From Methanobacteriota archaeon (GTDB lineage Archaea; JAADCQ01; Methanopyri; Methanopyrales; Methanopyraceae), in the NCBI GenBank assembly GCA_027064305.1, contig JAMOPY010000032.1:1-38047 (forward strand): a DNA stretch of 38,047 nucleotides, read 5' to 3'. Shown here piece after piece: positions 35,141 to 38,047 of the stretch. Under the pieces are notes generated by a model. The model was not told the DNA's origin. It ran no database searches and was given only the letters and a program-made list of their open reading frames with translations. The stretch's first letter is position 1, and every line of letters begins with the position of its first letter. Made by a program: the position numbers and the translations under genes.

Positions 35141-36030
35141 TAGAACAGGTCGTGCAGGTGCAGCTCGTACTGCCCCAGCTCGCCGCCGAAGTTGCCGGCG
35201 CTGATCTTCACGACGCCCGGCTGCCGGCAGGCGGCCTCGATGCCCACCCGCATCGCCTCCTTCACGGCCTCCTCGTTCAGCCCGTTGATGACGATCTCGT
35301 ACACGCACTTGACGCCCTCCGGCAGCTCGTTGCCCTCCACCGTCGGGCAGTAGGCGTCGTTCGTGGACGCGGGCAGGAAGTCGTACTCCTTGGACCCCGG
35401 CTTCGACGCGGACGCGACGACGCCGCCCGGGAACGGGGTGTACACGCCCTCGACGCGCTTGATCGCGTCGACGGCGGCCTCGGCCGCCTGCAGCCCGGCC
35501 GGCTGGCTCTCCGCCATGATGTAGAAGTTCCCGCCGGCGACGCCCGTCGTGATTCCGAACGTGTCCTCGACGATGAACTCGCCCTCCACGATCGGTACGC
35601 GCCAGACCTTGCGGTCGCCCACCTCGTCCTCCTCCTGGTGCCCGTCCCCGAAGAAGCTCAGCTTGTACCCGACCCGGTCCTCGTCCTCCCGCTCGTCCTC
35701 CGGCATCGCGTCGAAGGCGGCCGCGGTCGGGGCGGTCATGACGCACTGGCCGATCCGGTCCAGCAGCTGCTCCTTCAGCTCGTCCGCGTCGTTGTGCCCG
35801 ATCATCACGATCACGCCGGGCCGCCCGTCCGGCGTCTCCTCGGGCCGCACGAACCCCACGTCAACGCCCGCCTCCGCCGGGCACATGATCACGGAGGTGC
35901 CGAACCCGACGGTCTCCCGGGCCGCGATCCGGGCCCAGCGGTGCGTCGCGGCGGTGATCAGCACCCGGGCCATCTTCGCCTCGAACGCCTCGGCGAACGT
36001 GTCCTCGATCTCGACGCCGTTGATCTTCAT
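35140..36030 (-). CDS. ftr: Formylmethanofuran--tetrahydromethanopterin N-formyltransferase
   Basis: MKINGVEIEDTFAEAF, GFGTSVIMCPAEAG, TPDGRPG, RIGQCVMTAPT, GVAGGNF, PFPGGVVASASK, ISAGNFGG.LG. Confidence 0.99.
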   Translation of the reverse strand: MKINGVEIEDTFAEAFEAKMARVLITAATHRWARIAARETVGFGTSVIMCPAEAGVDVGFVRPEETPDGRPGVIVMIGHNDADELKEQLLDRIGQCVMTAPTAAAFDAMPEDEREDEDRVGYKLSFFGDGHQEEDEVGDRKVWRVPIVEGEFIVEDTFGITTGVAGGNFYIMAESQPAGLQAAEAAVDAIKRVEGVYTPFPGGVVASASKPGSKEYDFLPASTNDAYCPTVEGNELPEGVKCVYEIVINGLNEEAVKEAMRVGIEAACRQPGVVKISAGNFGGELGQYELHLHDLF

Positions 36031-36062
36031 CCGCGCATCCCCGGCCGACCCCGACCGTCCGG

Positions 36063-36082
36063 GCTTAAATCCGCAACGATTT
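36063..36082 (-). promoter_or_regulatory. ftr promoter (TTTAAG) preceded by an AATCGTTG half-site
   Basis: Minus strand AAATCGTTGCGGATTTAAGC, about 35 nt upstream of the ftr ATG. Confidence 0.55.
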
Positions 36083-36084
36083 CC

Positions 36085-36954
36085 CTAAAGGCGTTCCAGC
36101 ACGGCCTCGCGCATGACGTCCACCGGCGCCTCCTCGCCCGTCCAGATCTCGAAGGCCAGCGCGCCCTGGTGCACGAGCATCCCCACCCCGTCGACCGGGG
36201 TGGCCCCCGCCCGCTCCGCCTCCTCCAGCAGCCGCGTCTTCGGCGGGTTGTACACCAGGTCGTTCACGATGAGGTCCTCGTGCATCTCCCGGGCCGTCAC
36301 CAGCGGGGGCTCGTCCTCGTTCGGGTGCATGCCGACCGGGGTGGCGTCCACGAGCAGCCTCGCGTCCCGAAGCTCCTCCCGCAGCACCTCACGATCGAGC
36401 TCCACCGCCCGGGCCCTCACGCCCGTCCTCTCCTCCAGCTCCCTCGCCAGCCGCTCCCCGCGCTCGTACGTCCGGTTCGCGATCACCAACTCGTCCGCGC
36501 CCTCGAGGGCCAGCTTGAACGAGACCGCCCGCGCCGCCCCGCCGGCGCCCAGGATCACCGCCTTCACGCCCCTGGGATCGAAGTCCACCGCCTCCCTCAA
36601 CGCCCGCAGGAACCCCTCACCGTCCGTGTTGTACCCCTCCACCCTCCGCTCCCGGAACCGCAGCGTGTTCACCGCACCGATCAGCTCCGCGTCCCGATCC
36701 ACGGTATCGCAGACCCGGAGCGCCCGCTCCTTGTGCGGGATGGTCACGTTCAGTCCGACGATCCCCAGACTCTGGGCGCCCACGATCGCGGTCTCCAGCT
36801 CCCGCTCCGGCACGTCGAACGCCACGTACACGTAGTTCAGGCCCAGCTCCCGAAACGCCGCGTTGTGCATGGGCGGAGAAAGGGAGTGCTCCACCGGGTG
36901 GCCCACGAGCCCCACGACCTTAGTCTCCGCGTCGACGGGGACGGACACGCTCAC
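36085..36954 (-). CDS. aroE: Shikimate dehydrogenase
   Basis: GHPVEHSLSP.MHN, GLNVTIPHK, GAVNT, GYNTDG.G, LGAGGAARA, NRT, DLVYNP..T, GMLVHQG. Confidence 0.97.
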   Translation of the reverse strand: MSVSVPVDAETKVVGLVGHPVEHSLSPPMHNAAFRELGLNYVYVAFDVPERELETAIVGAQSLGIVGLNVTIPHKERALRVCDTVDRDAELIGAVNTLRFRERRVEGYNTDGEGFLRALREAVDFDPRGVKAVILGAGGAARAVSFKLALEGADELVIANRTYERGERLARELEERTGVRARAVELDREVLREELRDARLLVDATPVGMHPNEDEPPLVTAREMHEDLIVNDLVYNPPKTRLLEEAERAGATPVDGVGMLVHQGALAFEIWTGEEAPVDVMREAVLERL

Positions 36955-37771
36955 GCTCCACCACCCTCCCCTCCCTCATGTTGAACAGCTTGGCCCGGAT
37001 CCGGGACCCGGAGAGGCGGAGCAGGCACACGTTGCCCACGTTGAGCGGATCCCGGCACGTGGCGCACGTGGCCGGGCACGCCGTGGTGCCCACGTTGACG
37101 ACCAGCACCCCTCCGAACCGCCCCAGGAACCGGCAGTGGGTGTGGCCGACCACCACCACGTCCGCGTCGCTCGCCCGGGCGATCTCCTCCAGCCGGTCCG
37201 GCATCTCGTATTCACGGCACGTATAGTTGTCCAGCAGCTGGTCCCGTCGAGGCATCGGAGACGCCTCCGCGACCGGGTTCCCCGGCCGCTGCGGCTCCAA
37301 CCTCAGCTCACCGCACGGCTCGTGCCCGTGCGCGATCAGGAACCGACACTCCCCCACCTCCAGCCACTCCGGACCCCCGAGCGAAGGTCCCTCGTGCCCG
37401 GGCGGGCACCCGCGGCCCCGGCGCTCCTCGTACTTCCTCATCATCACCGGAATCCCGGACCGCCGCAGCCGCCGCACCAGCCGGAGCGTGTCGTGGTTCC
37501 CGGGCACGACCACCAACCTCGCCTCCTCGGACAGGTCCTGGAGCGACTCCACGAGCCCCTCCACCTCACGCTCGCGCGCCCTCGGGTCCGCCAAGTCCCC
37601 GTCCAGCACCACGAGGTCCTGATCCCGGGCCAGCTCCATGGCCATCTCCAGAAGCTCCGGATCGTGCCCCTGGTACCGGTCCCCCACGTGCACGTCGGAG
37701 GCGATCAGCACCCGTTCGGCGTGGACCCGAGGCCGTTGCAGCACCTCATCCAGCGTCCTCTGCATCGCCAT
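36920..37771 (-). CDS. Calcineurin-like metallophosphoesterase with Cys-rich inserts
   Basis: SDVHVG, GDLAD, PGNHD, HGH, GHTH, N.G. Confidence 0.85.
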   Translation of the reverse strand: MAMQRTLDEVLQRPRVHAERVLIASDVHVGDRYQGHDPELLEMAMELARDQDLVVLDGDLADPRAREREVEGLVESLQDLSEEARLVVVPGNHDTLRLVRRLRRSGIPVMMRKYEERRGRGCPPGHEGPSLGGPEWLEVGECRFLIAHGHEPCGELRLEPQRPGNPVAEASPMPRRDQLLDNYTCREYEMPDRLEEIARASDADVVVVGHTHCRFLGRFGGVLVVNVGTTACPATCATCRDPLNVGNVCLLRLSGSRIRAKLFNMREGRVVERERVRPRRRGD

Positions 37772-38047
37772 CCCGACCGAACACCTGCACGTTGAACTTC
37801 TCCCGAATCAGGAGCATCGGCGTGCGGTCGTGGTACACTACGTACTCCCTCCACGGGACCTCCTCCGCCTCCACGCCCAGGAGCCGCCTCTCCTCGCCCG
37901 AGAGCCGGATCGTGTCCACTCGCACGATCTCCCTCCGCGTCTCCAACCTCATCTCCTCGATCATCTCACCCAGGGGCTTCCGGGACTGCAGAACCAGCCT
38001 CCGCATGTTACCGGGTAGGTTGTCGGGGCGGGCGTAGGAGGTGGCCA
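37746..38047 (-). CDS. Chorismate pyruvate-lyase/DUF98-like protein, 3' part (runs off window end)
   Basis: Frame is open to the window edge: ATSYARPDNLP...KPLGEMIEEMRLETRREI...WREYVVYHDRTPMLLIREKF, which fits the UbiC/DUF98 C-terminal pattern. Confidence 0.7.
   Translation of the reverse strand, partial: ATSYARPDNLPGNMRRLVLQSRKPLGEMIEEMRLETRREIVRVDTIRLSGEERRLLGVEAEEVPWREYVVYHDRTPMLLIREKFNVQVFGRDGDAEDAG

Noticed and set aside
1-38047. CRISPR array, cas genes, transposases, rRNA
   Set aside because: No regularly spaced direct repeats or recognisable motifs were found. The GGDD protein lacks an HD domain and cas neighbours, so it is not called Cas10.

Overview
A very GC-rich, gene-dense archaeal chromosome segment, almost certainly from a Methanopyrus-like hyperthermophilic methanogen. 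This is an inference from the ftr, Sec-type hdrA, ycaO and mfnD/mfnF genes, the C8 tRNA and the acidic proteome. The window holds about 38 CDS: rpl10e (partial), selenocysteine HdrA with a 3'-UTR SECIS, EF-1alpha/rps10, a frameshifted MrfA/Hrq1-type helicase, a DUF512 radical SAM, a MraY-like protein, Mrp, Thg1, nadX, a carbamoyltransferase, the riboflavin pyrimidine reductase, tmk, hjc, asnB, thiC, aspartokinase, Hel308, gamma-CA, mfnF/mfnD, ycaO, ftr, aroE and several orphans. It also holds an initiator tRNA-Met. No CRISPR array, transposase or integrase was seen. The most notable observations are: (1) a palindrome ATCGTTA-N9-TAACGAT repeated three times just downstream of highly expressed transcription units; (2) a SECIS combining the archaeal GAA/A motif with a eukaryote-like AUGA/GA core; (3) a tightly coupled minus-strand operon with an orphan, a membrane-anchored GGDD palm-domain (cyclase/mCpol-like) protein, thiC and a stand-alone Pnkp-type RNA ligase; (4) two probable CTG start codons, two candidate C/D-box sRNAs, and a sawtooth G/C strand skew. 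All family calls come from motif recognition by eye; no searches were run.
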